Of a stretch of 64,000 bases of DNA, positions 44,301 to 57,879 are shown one piece after another. The DNA is taken from assembly GCF_009914755.1 (NCBI RefSeq), contig NC_060932.1; one strand, written 5' to 3'. The DNA is from the human T2T-CHM13v2.0 reference genome, Homo sapiens. The notes beneath the pieces were generated by a model, which ran no database searches, was not told the DNA's origin, and was given only the letters and a program-made list of their open reading frames with translations. Made by a program: the position numbers and the translations under genes. Numbering within the stretch: the stretch's first letter is position 1; every line of letters begins with the position of its first letter.

Positions 44301-46620
44301 AAAACCTACCAACAAAGAAAAGAGCAGGATCAGAGAACTTTACTGTTGAACTCTATCAAATATTTAAAGAATAATTAATGCCAGAACAACCATTCTTAAA
44401 CTCTTGCAAAAAACTGAAAGAGGAAACACTTCCAAACTTATTCTATGAGGCCAGACACCACAGCCACATAAATCATTACAGGAAAAGAAAACGACAAGCC
44501 AATATCACTGATGCACATAGATGGAAAAAAATCTCAAAAACATCTGAACTCAACAGCGTATTAAAAGTGTCCTACACTATGACAAGGTGGGATTTATCTC
44601 CGGAATATAACAGTGGTTCAACATAAGAAAATCAATTAATGTGGTACACCATATTATATAATAAATAATACAACTTACAGGATGAAATTAATAGATGCAG
44701 AAAAAGCAAATCTCAGCTTCCTTTATAGGACCTTATACATACATTATTATGAGCCTAATACAAAAATCAAACAAAGCCAGTACAAAACAAAACTTGCAGA
44801 TCAGTATCTCTCATGAATACTGAGGAGAGAAACCTCAAGATAATAAGTCATGTGTAAAAGGAATTATAATTATACATGTCAGGACTTGGTTGTAATTTTT
44901 TAGGTATGCAAAACTATTTCAAGATTTAAAAATAAATCAATTCGATCCAACATGCCAAAAGGCCAAAAAAGAAAAGAAAAACTTGTAATCCTATCAACTG
45001 ATGCAGAAAAAGCATTTTCTGTAACTAAATAGCCATTAATGAACAAAAAGAACAACATAAACTTTTAGCAGGCTAGAAATAGAGAATTTTCTCAACTTAA
45101 TACAGAGACTATAAAAAAACCTAAAGCCAAAATTATTTTTTCACAATGAAAGACTGAATATGTTTTCCATGAAATTGGGAATAATCGAAGAATGCCCTCA
45201 CTACGGTTATTCAACATGGTCCTGGACATTTTAGCAAATTACAGTGAGGCAAAGCAAAGAAATGAAAAGCAGACTTACATACTGGTTGAAAATGAAGAAG
45301 GAAAATTGTCTATATTTGTTAAAGACGTGTCTATGTAGGAAGTCTCAAGGCATCTATTAAAAAGCCCTTCTAGAACTAATATGTGAATTTAGCAAGATTG
45401 TAGAATAGTAGATGAAACCTGAAAAATGGATTGCATCACTAGAAAAGAACAATATACAGGTGGAAACTAAAATTAAAACACAATATCATTTACAATTGTT
45501 CCAATAAAATGAAATACTTAGGTATAAACCTAAAAAATGTATAGGATCTGAAAGCTGAAATAACAAAAACACTAGTGAAAGATATACGTAAAAGACCAAA
45601 TAAATAGAGAGACTTACTGTGTTTGTGGATTGGAAAAGTTAACATAGTAAAGACATCAGTTCTCCCCAAATTGATCTACAGATTTAACACAATTTCTATC
45701 ACAATCCTAGCAAGTTTTTTTTTTTTATTTGCACATGGAGTAGCTTTATCTAAATCTTACATGAAAAAGCAAAATATCTAGAACAGAATAGCTTAAAAAG
45801 TTTAAAAAAGAATAATAAAGTGGGAAAAACCACTGTAGTTAACAATCCAGAAATATATCCACACTAGATCCATGGATTTTTTTTTGACAAAGTAGTTAAA
45901 AGAGCGATTCAAAGCAGAAATATAGCCTTTTAAAAATATAGTGTTGTAACTAATATACATCTAGTCAAAAGACTGAACTTTGATCCAAATTCCACACCTT
46001 ATACAAAATTACCTCAAAATAGATAAAGAATTAAATGTAAAGTATAAACTTAAAAAAAACCCAGAAAGTCTTCAGAAACTACTGCTATGTAGCGTCCGTA
46101 GGTTTGACATGAAAACAACCAATCACAACAAGAAATTGTTGATAAATTAGTCTTCATCAAAAATAAAACTTTTTGACCAGTGGCAGACCATTTGAAAAGT
46201 AAGACAAATCGGCCGGGCTTGGTGGCTTACGCCTGTAATCCCAGCACTTTGGGAGGCTGAGGTGGGTGGAACATGAGGTCAGGAGATCGAGACCATCCTG
46301 GCTAACACGGTGAAACCCCATCTCTACTAAAAATACAAAAAATTAGCTGGGCGTGGTGGCGGGCGCCTGTAGTCCCAAGCTACTCAGGAGGCTGAGGCAG
46401 GAGAATGGCGGAATGGCGTGAACCTGGGAGGTGGAGCTTGCAGTGAGCCGAGATCGCCCCGCTGCCCTCCAGCCTGGGCGACAGAGCAAGACTCCGTATC
46501 AAAAAAAAAAAAAAAAAGAAAAGTAAGACAAATCACAGACAGGGCCAAAATATTTGCAATGCACATGTTTGACAAAGGTCATATTCAAAATATAGAAAAC
46601 TTAAAAATCAACAGTAATCA
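41380..46620 (+). mobile_element. Cluster of old L1M fragments (5'UTR, ORF1 and ORF2 pieces)
   Basis: A-rich L1-like sequence, e.g. ttccaaacttattctatgaggcc and gatgcagaaaaagcattt; internal boundaries approximate. Confidence 0.75.
46211..46517 (+). mobile_element. AluY with 17-bp TSD
   Basis: gagaccatcctggctaacacggtg; TSD GAAAAGTAAGACAAATC (46194-46210 and 46518-46534). Confidence 0.96.
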
Positions 46621-47063
46621 GCAACCTTAAACTCCAAACTCTCAGATTTCTGCTTGGTTCCACGTCTGGATGCTATGGTCCAGACTATCTACAGTAGGGG
46701 GCAAACTTAAACATGAAATTCACCTCCTGTGCTTACATTCTCTCAGGTACAAAATTCCTAATGGGCCTATTGTCACATATCTCAAAACGGGTGCCTCACG
46801 TATTTTTCTTTTTCTGACTTCTAATTGTAATTTGGTAGGGAGGGAAAATCCTTTACCAGTTACCATACCGTAGATTTCATCATCTCTCAGTTCCAATATA
46901 GCAATAGAGTGTGACCAGTCATTGCCTTTCACTTCCTCCCAGTCACGTGAATAAATGTCTTACAGAGTAATAAATACCTTACAGGGTGTAATAAATATCT
47001 TACAGGGTAAAGTGAATTTTCTCACATAATTTCAAACCTTTCTTGACTCTTTAATGTCTTTCA

Positions 47064-47309
47064 GCCTGTAATCCCAGCACTTTAGGAGGCTAAGGCAGGC
47101 AGATTACTTGAACCCAGGAGCTCGAGACCAGCCTAGGGAACATGGTGAAACCCCCACTCCACTAAAAATACAAAAATTATCTGGGTGTGGTGTTGGTACC
47201 TACAGTCCCAGCTACTTGGGAGGCTGAGGTGGGAGGATCACCCGAGTCTGGGAGGCAGAGGCTGCAGTGAGCCAAGATTGCACTGGGGTGACAGAATGAG
47301 CCCTCATCT

Positions 47310-47364
<55 letters not shown>

Positions 47365-47378
47365 AGAAAAAGAAAAAG
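47064..47378 (+). mobile_element. AluJ-like, 5' truncated, with polyA and (GAAAA)n tail
   Basis: Diverged Alu body; tail at 47311-47378. Confidence 0.9.
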
Positions 47379-47842
47379 CTTTTCTGATATAACTCAAATT
47401 CTGCGGTTTCACATGTGGACCTATTAAGGTTTGGTACACTGTCTACTTTCTCGCATTCTCACTCTCACCAGTTCCCTGGAGTCTTTCTGTACGGTAATGT
47501 CTACGATTTTCTCCACTGCCCAGGCCCTCTCATATATCAATTGAAACTTCTCAGTGTGTCTTAGCTCCTTCAGACACCTTTTTTCCCCTAAAACTCCTAC
47601 TAATACTTTCAGACATACAAAGTTTAAATGTCCTTTTTGGAGAAATGATTCCTAAGTTCCCAATTTTCAAAAAAGTAGTTGTTCTATTCAATATGCTTTC
47701 ATAGTAATTGCCACATTATATTTAATTTTGTAATCTGTTTTCTCAATAATTATGTGGGCCATAAAGCATTCATTTCCTCCTCAACAATGGCACCTTAACC
47801 ACATAAAAAATGTAAATTTACTTGGCAGAAACCAAAACTTAC

Positions 47843-47921
47843 CTTTGAAAATGAAGAATCTGCATACAATGTTCCTGATTTGTTGTATAAATACACCAGG
47901 AAATGTGGGTGTAAAAATGAC
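47843..47921 (-). pseudogene. ADAM3A: Exon 4 (79 nt) SFLHPHFLVYLYNKSGTLYADSSFSK
   Basis: Acceptor gaattag, donor GTAAGT; ADAM prodomain sequence. Confidence 0.9.
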
Positions 47922-48160
47922 CTAATTCAATCAAAATAATGACACTTCATTGTAATTATGTCATTAATTAAAAAATAACTTCCAGAATAATAAAATTAAA
48001 CAAAATTTACTTTCAATACAAACATCTAAAAATGAAATGGACTTATCTCTATATTAACTTGCTGCTTTTTGATAGCATATTGTGAATATAAGAAAGAATA
48101 ATAACCAGTATAATCAGAAAAATGTGTGGATGCTTTAATGAATTTAAAATAATCATCTAG

Positions 48161-48583
48161 GGCCAGGTGCAGTGGCTCACACCTGTTATCCCAGCACTTT
48201 GGAAGGCCAAACCTGGAGGATTGCTCGAGCTCAGTAGTTCAAGTCCAGCTGGGGCAACATATGGAGACCCCTCATCTCTACTAAAAATAAAAATAAAAAT
48301 AAATTGGTGGGTCATGGTGGCATGTGCCTGTAGTTTTAGCTATTTGGGAAGCCAAGGTGAGAGGATGGCTTGAGCTCAAGAAATCTAGGCTGCAGTGAGT
48401 TATGATTGCACCACTGCACTCCAGCCTAGGTGACTGAGTAAGACCCTGTCTCAAAAATAAAATAAAATAAAATAAAATATAAAATAAAATAAAATAAAAT
48501 AAAATAAATGAAATGAAATGAAATAAAAAAATAAAAAAATAAAATAAAATAAATAAATAAAATAAAATCAAATAAAATAAAAT
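48161..48583 (+). mobile_element. AluJ-like with expanded (AAAAT)n tail
   Basis: Body 48161-48452; microsatellite tail to 48583. Confidence 0.9.
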
Positions 48584-48898
<315 letters not shown>

Positions 48899-49365
48899 TC
48901 ACTGACAGACACAGATTTATGTACAGTAATAAGTAGGTCTGCCAGATTTCAAAAGGGGTTTTCTTTTAGATTCAACTGTAATTTTATGGCTCATATACCT
49001 TAGTTAGTATTTGTTAACAAGTAACAATAGATTTTATATATTTACATTAGTTTTCATGGTGTTATACTTTGGTAAAAACAACCCCAAAATTCTTAGTGTC
49101 ATAAAACAGCAATGAGTGTCCTTCGCAAGTTTACTAAAGATTCGGCTCCATCCTGCCTTCCTTCTGGAACCTAGGAAAAGGCATAGCCCCTCCCTGAAAC
49201 AGTCTCAAAATGACAACCTGAAATTAATCACTAAAATGAATCACAGAGAAGATATACAATGTTAAATAAATCTAATATTCAGTCTCTTATTTAAGCTCAA
49301 TTTAGGGTAGTGATTGTAAAAATTTAAGACACTAAAAATAATGAATGAAAAAAATGGTAACTTAC

Positions 49366-49420
49366 TGTTTTTCAAGCAGGAAGTGTATGGTTTCCCCTCA
49401 ATTTTGATGGAATAAGTGGC
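49366..49420 (-). pseudogene. ADAM3A: Exon 3 (55 nt, frameshifted) ATYSIKIEGKPYT...
   Basis: Acceptor ttttgctacag, donor GTAAGT. Ends in phase 1, but exon 4 needs phase 2. Confidence 0.9.
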
Positions 49421-50069
49421 CTGTAGCAAAATATTCAGAGAGAAAGTAATTGGTAGAGATTCTAACTTCTTAAATGTTGCAGTTCCTTGAAACATATATT
49501 CATTCATATGAATGTAGGTTATATCCTGCATGTATCAAAATTGGAATGTATAACAGAATTAATTGTAATTTAAATAAACACAAGGAGTCTAAATTTCAAA
49601 ACTCAGATCATTAATCATTAGCATGTATTATTATGAGATTTGAAGTCAAAATGGGGATTATGTTTAGAAATGCTGAGAAACAGTTGAAAAAACTTGAATT
49701 TTGTTATCTTTGTTCTATTTTGCAGCTCTCAGCACAAATAAATTGAAAATAAAATAATGCAGCACAGGTTCCCAGTTAAGAATAAAATAATTATTGCCCA
49801 GCTGCCAGAGGTACTACCCACAGGCAATCCTCATCTCCTTACCCACTTTGGCTATTGCCTTAGCTCAAAAGAGTCATCTTATACAAAGTCACAACTTTCT
49901 GGGACAGCCCACATTTAATTAGAAGCCCCTCCATTTAATGGAGGTTTCTTGTTTCAGATAGATTTAGTATGGTCTTCCAAAAAGATTAAATGTGGTGATA
50001 TCTTCATGATAAATTGATATTTGTATCAATAATAAAAGTCCCTTTCATTTCCAGAATGGTTTAAGGCAA

Positions 50070-52000
50070 TTTTATTTTTTTCAACTTTATTGAGCTACGA
50101 CTGAAAAACAAGTTTTATTATTTATTTAAAGTGTATATAAGATGTGTATGATGTTTTAACATACATATACATTGTGAAATGATTAAAACAATCAAATTAC
50201 TGTATCCATCACCTCACATAGTTACCATTTTATCATTTGTGGTGAGACATTTGAGATCTATTCTTAGCAAATGTTAAGTAAACAAAACATTATTATTAAC
50301 TATAGTGACCATGATGTGCATTAGATCTTCTGAATTTATTAATCTTATAACTCAAAGTTATAACTCAAAGTTATAAGATTATATAAGAAATTAATAAATT
50401 TTAAACATATTTGACCAATATCTTCTCTTTTCATTCACACTTCCAACCCCTGGTGACTACCATCTAATTTCTGTTACTATATGTTTGACTTTTTTTAAGA
50501 TACTACATATAAGTGAGATAATGCAGTATTTGTCTTTGTGTGTCTGGCTTATTTCACTTAGCATAATGTCCTCCAGGTACAACCAGGTTGTTACAAATGA
50601 TGGATGGCAGGATTTCCTTCTTTTTACAAACTGAATACTTTCTGTTGTTTGTCTATTTATCGATCAACTGATCGATCATCTATCAATCTACATTTTCTTT
50701 ATCCATATACCCAGAGATTAATGCCATACTCTTTTGATTATGATAGATATATAATTTACTTTTAATATATTGTATATATTTAAAGTATACAACATAAGTT
50801 TTTGATAGTCTTATCTTGATATAGAAATAGATAAGTGATTTTTGCAATCAAGCAAATTAAAATATACATCATTCTAATATAGTTACTTTCTTTTATATTT
50901 TCCTTGTTGTTGTTTTGGTGGTAAGAGTACCTAAAATCTACTTATTGGCAAATTACCAGTATAAAACATCATATTGTTAACTGCAGTTCTTCTCTTGCAC
51001 ATTAGATTTCTTAGATGTTTTCATCCTATATAACTACAACTCTGTACCTTTTTACCTATATTTTCACATTTGCCCCTGCACTCTCCTCCTCACATTGAGT
51101 CCCTGGTAACCATTGTTTACTCCAAGCTTCTATATATGAAAATTTTTGAAATTCCACATATAGGTAAGATCAGGCAGAATTTTTCATTCTGTGTCTAGCT
51201 TATGTCACATAGCATAATGTCCTTTACCTTATTTCATGTTATCACAATGGTAGAGTCTACTTCTTTTTTAAGACAGAATAACATTCTATTTCATATATAA
51301 ATATATACATACCACAATTTATCCATTCAGCTGTATATGGACATTTTGGTTATTTTCATATCTTGACTGTTGTGAATAATGTTCCAATGAACATGAGAGT
51401 GCAAATATCTTTATGAGGTAGTGATTTCATTGTAATATAATTGGAAATGAAGAAGTGTGATGGTGCATCAGGGTTTTTTACTCAGAATTGTTTTAACTAT
51501 TTTGAGTCTTTTGTGGTTTCATGAGAATTTTAGTTTAGTTTTTTTTTTGTTTCTGTGAAAAATGCCATCGGAATGTCAATGGGCATTGCATCATTGCATT
51601 GAATCTGGAGGCTGCTTTGGGTAATATGCACATTTTAACAATATTAATTCTTCCAATCCATGAGTAAGGGATATCTTTCCATTTGTTTCTGTCTTTTTCA
51701 ATTTTTCTTATCAATTTACAGCTTGCAGTTTTCAGCGTACAAATCTCTCACTACCATAGTTAAATTTATTGCTAAATATTTTATTCTTTTTAATGGTATT
51801 ATAAATTTTTTTAAAAATTTATTCCTCAGCTAGTTTACTGTTAGTATGTGGAAATACAGCTGATCTGTTTTATGTTGGTTTTTGGATACTGCAACTTTAC
51901 TGAATTCATATCTTTGTTCTAACCTTTTCTTCATGTAGAATGTTTAGGATTTTCTATGTATAAGATCATGTCATCTGATAATAGACAATTTCACTTGGAG
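50070..52000 (-). mobile_element. L1MA/MB 3' ends and ORF2 fragments (at least two)
   Basis: Two related antisense 3'UTRs (cttagcataatgtcctcc near 50557, atagcataatgtcc near 51209). Confidence 0.75.
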
Positions 52001-52547
52001 GCATTTTATTTTATCTTCCTGAATAACCCTTCTGGTGCAACTTCCACCTATGGTGAAGTCCAAAGATAATGTTAGTCTTATCTCGCAAAGAGGCAAGTTT
52101 CTCTCATCTAATTGTAGGGGAAGGGCTATCCAAGAAAAGTAAGGTCAGAAGGACTTCCTAAGCTAGGGGCTTTACGTCAGGGCCTGCACGGGCACTTCCT
52201 CTCTCTTGGCAAAGACTGTGGTATCTCACAGGACACTTAAGGTGACTTAGGTCTTCCCTGCTTAAGACCAGTGGCTGCCATCCAAGTCCCATCTGTGTTT
52301 GGAGAAGGCAATACTCCATTTGGCTGTAGTTGGCAGCTCAGGCCTGGCTTGGGATTTTCCAAGTGTCCCCATCCCTTGGCCTCTTCACTGGAAGCACCAC
52401 ATCTCCTGTCACTTGCACACTCCGCCATTGACAGCATGCAACGATTTAGTTTTCCTGTGCTTGTTTCCTGAGAGCAAGGCATTGGCAGTTCTCAGATTTC
52501 TTTGAATAAATGTGGGGTGTTATGTAAGAAATGAAGCCACAGATACA

Positions 52548-52854
52548 CTTATTTTATTTTATTTATTTCTTTTATTGAGACAAAGTCTCACTCTGTTGCC
52601 CAGGCTGGAGTGCAAGGGTGCTACCTTGCCTCACTGCAACCCCGCCTCTGGGGTTCAAGCGATTTTCCTACCTCAATCTCCCGAGTAGCTGAGATTACAG
52701 ATGCATGCCACCACACCCAGCTATTTTTTTTTTTAAGCAGAGATGGGGTTTCATCATGTTGGCCAGGCTGGTCTCAAACTCCTGAGCTCAAGTGATCTGC
52801 CCACATTGGTCTCCCAAATTGCTGGGATTAGAGGCATGGCCACTGTGCCCGGCC
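52548..52854 (-). mobile_element. Diverged Alu (J or old S)
   Basis: Antisense dimeric Alu. Confidence 0.9.
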
Positions 52855-53344
52855 TGATCTCTTTACCTTTTTCAAGCTGTTCTCCCCACACCTTCCCTTT
52901 CTTGCTTCAGAACATGCTCACAAAGGCCCCCTAAGCAGTGGGTACTGGAGATAGCAGAGTGAGCAAGGCACAGCCCTGCTAGGTGCAGTGTGGGTGGCAG
53001 ACAAGGATATTGGAGATTACAATAACCCAGTCTCCTGGTGGAAATGCACAGGGGATGGACCGTGGGAATGCACAAAAATGTGGCCTAGCCCAGCCTTGAG
53101 AGGGTTTTGCAGGGGGGGCTTCGTGGGCCCCTGGGTGAGGATGTGAATTCCGGCTTCCACTGGGCCTACACTGAGTGGCCCCGGCCAGGAGGGGTCAAAA
53201 GACCTACAGGAAGAAACCGAGGCACAAAATACAATTTTAAAGACTGAGTTGAAGTGAGGACTGCTGTCGGGGACGCACTTCCAAGTTGTCTTTGGGAGTG
53301 GTCCACTTGGCCTTCGTTACAAGCAGATGAAGTTCAATGTTTAA

Positions 53345-55550
53345 CAGTAGTGGTGAGACTGGGCACCAGTGTAGTTTTCATGATATTAGAGGAAAAGCTT
53401 TCAGCTTTTCCATATTGAGTATGATGTTAGATGTAGGCCTGTCATTTATGGCCTGTATTATTTTGAAGTAAATTCTTTCTGTACCCAATTAGTTGAGAAT
53501 TTTTATCATAAAAGAATGCTGGATTTTGTCTAAAGCATTTTCTTTATCTATTGAGATGATTATATGATTTTTATCCTTTATTCTGTTAATGTGGCATATT
53601 TGTACTCATTTGCATATGTTTAACAATCCTTGAATCCCAGGAATAAATCCCAGTTGATCATGACATACAGTCCTTTTATTGTGCTGTTGAATTTGGTAGT
53701 ATTCTATTGAGGATATTTGCATCTTTGACCAGGGATATTGGCTCACGTTTTTATTTTGGAGTATCTCAATCCAACTTTGATATTAGAGTAATATTGTAAT
53801 ACTGGCTTCATGAAATAAGTTTGGAAGTGCTCCTTCCTCTTCCATTTTTTGGAAAACTCTGAGAATAATTGTTATTTACTCTTTCTAAAAAAAAGTATTT
53901 GGTAGAAATCACCAGTGAAGTCATCTGGTCCTGGACTTTTCTTTGTAGGAGATTTTTGATTATTGATTCAGTCTTACTTGTTACTGATCTCCTCAGATTT
54001 TCTGTTTTTCATTATTCACTCTTCGTAGATTGTTTCTAGGATGCTGTCCATTTTTTCCAGGTTATGCAGTTTGTTGGCATAAAATTGTTCATAGCATGAT
54101 GCTTTTACTTGGTGATGTCAATTGTTATGTCTCCTCCTTTATTTCTGGTATTGCATATTTGAGCCCTCTGCTTTTCCTAATATTGTTAAAGGTTTATTAA
54201 TTTTATTTATATTTTTAAAAATATAACTCTTAGTTTTGTTACTCTATTCTATGGTTATTCTACTCTTTTCTTTTTTACCCTTTGTTTTCTTAGACCAATT
54301 GGTTGTTTAAGAAGGTGTTGTTTAATTTCCACTTATTTCGGAGTTTCCTATTTTTCCCTGTTTCTATTTGATGGAATGTTTTATAGAGGTCTTTTAGGTC
54401 CATTTGGTCTAAAGTGCAGTTTAAGTCTAAATGTTCCTTATTCATTTTCTGCTGTATACATCTATCCATGGTTGAAACTGGGGTATTGAAGTCCTCTGTT
54501 AATATTATTTCTCATTTCAATTCTGTTTAAATTTGCTTTATACATTTAGGGGGCTCTGTGCTGGGTGCATATACACTTTAAATTGTTGTATCTTCTTGAT
54601 TAACTGGCCCCTTTATGATTACATTATGACTTTTTTGCCTTTTGCTACGGTTTTTGACTTAAATTCTATTTTTGTCTCATAAAAGCATAGAAACTCCTTT
54701 CCTCTTTGGATTTTGATTTCCATGCAATATCCTTTTCTATCCCTTCACTTTCGGCCCCTGCGTGTTCTTAAAGCAGAAGTGTGTCTCTCTCAAGCAGCAT
54801 ATCTTTGGATACTTTTAACCCATTCAGCCACTCTATGTCTTTTGAATGGAGAGTTTATAGTCCATTTACATTTAGAGTAATTATTGACATGAAGACTTAC
54901 TATTGCCATTTTGATTATTGTTCTCTGGCTGTTTTATATGTTGTTTTGTGCATTCTTCCTCTCTTGCTGTGTTCCTCTGTGATTTGATGTTATCCTGCAG
55001 TGGTATCTCTTGATTATTTTCTCTTTAATTTTTGTTTATTTACTATAGATTTTTGCTTCATGGTTTACCATGAGGCTTACATAAACATATAGTTATATCA
55101 GGTTATTTTAAGATACTAGAAATTTAACTTCAATCACATACAAAAACTATGCAATATTACTTCTACACATACACATAATTTTATGTTATCTATGTCAAAT
55201 TTTTCATCTTTTTATATTTTGTATTCATTAACAAACTATGGTAGTGATAGTTATTTTAACACTTTTGACTTTTAACCTTTATGTTAGAGTTATAAGTGAT
55301 TCATACACCACTAATACAGTATTATAGTATTTTGAAATTGACTTATATTTACCTTTACCAGTGGGTATTACACTTTCATATGTGCTCCTTTTATAATTTA
55401 TCCTCCTTTCATTTTAGCTTAAATAACTCCTTTTAGCATTTCTTATTAGGCAAGCCTAGTGGTAATAAACTTCCTCAGGCTTTGTTTGTACAGGATATTT
55501 TTTATCCCTCATTTCTGAATGAGAGGTTTGTCAGGTAAAATATTGGTTAA
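53345..55550 (-). mobile_element. Old L1M ORF2 and inter-ORF fragments
   Basis: gaaaagctttcagcttttcc, ctattgagatgattatatg, accagtgaagtcatctggtcctgg. Confidence 0.8.
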
Positions 55551-57524
55551 TTATATATATTTTAGTTATATTCCTATGCACTTTTCAAGTGCATGTCAAA
55601 TTTCTGTATGTAATTTATTTATCTTGTCCATCATGTATTGTGTAATATCCATTATCACTTATTTCTTCTTCACCCTGTGAAATATATAGAAGTACATCTA
55701 CAAATTTCTAAATGCATTTTTGAGTTCCTTGTTAAGTTTTATTCTAATTGATTGTTACCATATAACTAGTTTTATACTACCAGTATTTGATTTTTAATTT
55801 TCTTTCTTTACTATCATCAATTTTGTTGACTGTTCTATATATTCTTCAGAAGAATATACATTACTTACAGTGGCATAGAGCTAAATTACAGCTGGATTGG
55901 CAAAGCTCTATCTTTAGATCTGGGGATCCCTACACATCTGGATATTTCAGATTCTTGTCCAAAACAAAGGCAGTGAGTGATATTTATAATGGGCTTTCAG
56001 AACTCAAAACGTCCCTGGCCAAGGAAGCCTCCTCAGTGTTTGCCTAATTATTTTGACAAGCCCTGCTTGACTATTTAAAGAGTCACTGAAAGATTTCAGC
56101 TGACTTCTCCAAAAGCCAAAATTTCTCCTGTAGTTCTTGTTGGTAGACTCAGTATGCTTTAGGAACACAGAGATTGTGTTTCTAAACAGGGAGCTCACAG
56201 TGAATGTTTCTTGGATTCATGTGTAATAAACTGTAGAGTCTAGTGAGTCCTAAAACATATCAGAACTGGAGAAAACAATATATTCACTCACTGGGTTCAT
56301 GTTCTATATATATCCACTGGATAAAAATATTTTTGTTGTTCAAATTTTCTTTATCTTTATGAATTTTTTTATGATTTGTCAACCAACATTTGAGGAAAAC
56401 ATTTTAAGATCTCGCTATGGAAATGGATTTGACCATTTCTTCCTCTAGAGCTATGAATTTTCACTTTCTAGGTGCTGAATGCATTTTATTAAATTTATAC
56501 AACTTCAGAACTGTTAAATGTTCCTAGTGAGCTGAATATTTCATCATTAAAAAACAATGCTTATCTCTCACAGTGGTGTGTGTGTGTGTGTGTTTGTGTG
56601 TGTTAGTGGAAATGAGAAAATTGAACAAAGCCTAGTGACAGTTCAAAAAGATATATATCACTATTGTTTGTTAATGAGAGTCAAATGTAATGCAACTTTT
56701 CTGGAAGATATTCTGCAATGTTTACAAAAAGTTGTAATGGCTTGCCCATTGATCTACATAAACAACTATCAAAGAAATTTTATGAAACTATCTACGAGTT
56801 GAAAATTTGATAAATGTTACATCCATATGACATATCATGAAGTCATAAAAATGACAGAGCCATATTAATTACCATAAAAGTAAATCCAATATTTATAAAT
56901 AAATGAAAAAGTCAATCGCAGTCATATATAATCGTTAAAAATATATGTGTGCATGTGCATGTGTGTTTAAATATTCATTTAGTATAAATTTATTATTTTT
57001 AGAGACTGGTGTGGACATTCACTGTATTCAGCATTCTCTGTATTACCTCAATTTAATTTTACAACATACCTACTTTCCTGTTCTAATCAGATGAAAGATG
57101 ACATTACTTTCATTTACAAAGGATTTATATATACATGTATAGGCATGAAGATAGTCTTTATATATTATCATGTTAAAAACATGTTGCTTGGTAAATATTA
57201 GTATGACCTCAACTATATAATAACACAGATTTAAATGTACATATTTTCTAAAAGAACCCAGTAGACTGAATATGGTTCCTTTGTGTTATAGGAATTTGGG
57301 GATTCTTTTCCTGAATCTCTGTTTTAAAACAGTTATCTAACATTCATATATTGAGAAATGAAAAAAATATCAAAGTCTTGCTGTCATTCAGACCAAATGA
57401 CTCCTTAGCACGGTAAATTAGAACACAAACTAAATTTCACAAAGGGATATGTATGAATTGATTGGGGCCATGTAGTCCAGAAAAAACAAAACACCATAAT
57501 TTTAAAAGGTGATCTCTTAATTAC

Positions 57525-57607
57525 ATGCGTTTCTGAAACATCACCATCATTGGTGTTTGTCTGGATCTTCTGTGGTACTGTAATTTGCAGAACTGGTGTT
57601 TCAGAAT
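57525..57607 (-). pseudogene. ADAM3A: Exon 2 (83 nt) HSETPVLQITVPQKIQTNTNDGDVSETH
   Basis: Acceptor ttttcctcatgcag, donor GTAATT; phase 1 in, phase 0 out. Confidence 0.9.
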
Positions 57608-57687
57608 CTGCATGAGGAAAAGCATATGTGAGCATTCCCAGTGTATTCATGTCACAGTGTCCTTTCTTATCACTCTTTAAGCTTCCA

Positions 57688-57688
<1 letters not shown>

Positions 57689-57740
<52 letters not shown>
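57689..57740. repeat. (CA)26 microsatellite in intron 1
   Basis: Perfect dinucleotide run of 52 nt. Confidence 0.97.
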
Positions 57741-57744
<4 letters not shown>

Positions 57745-57879
57745 TCCAGTTCCAGGAAGACGCTCCTCCAGGCGTGGGAGGTTTACCCTAGCTCTGCCCA
57801 AGGACACTTCAGGGTTTGGTGACTTCAGCCCTGCGTGGGAGAAGTGTGGGCTGCTGCTCCCAGACCCCATCCGGCATCC

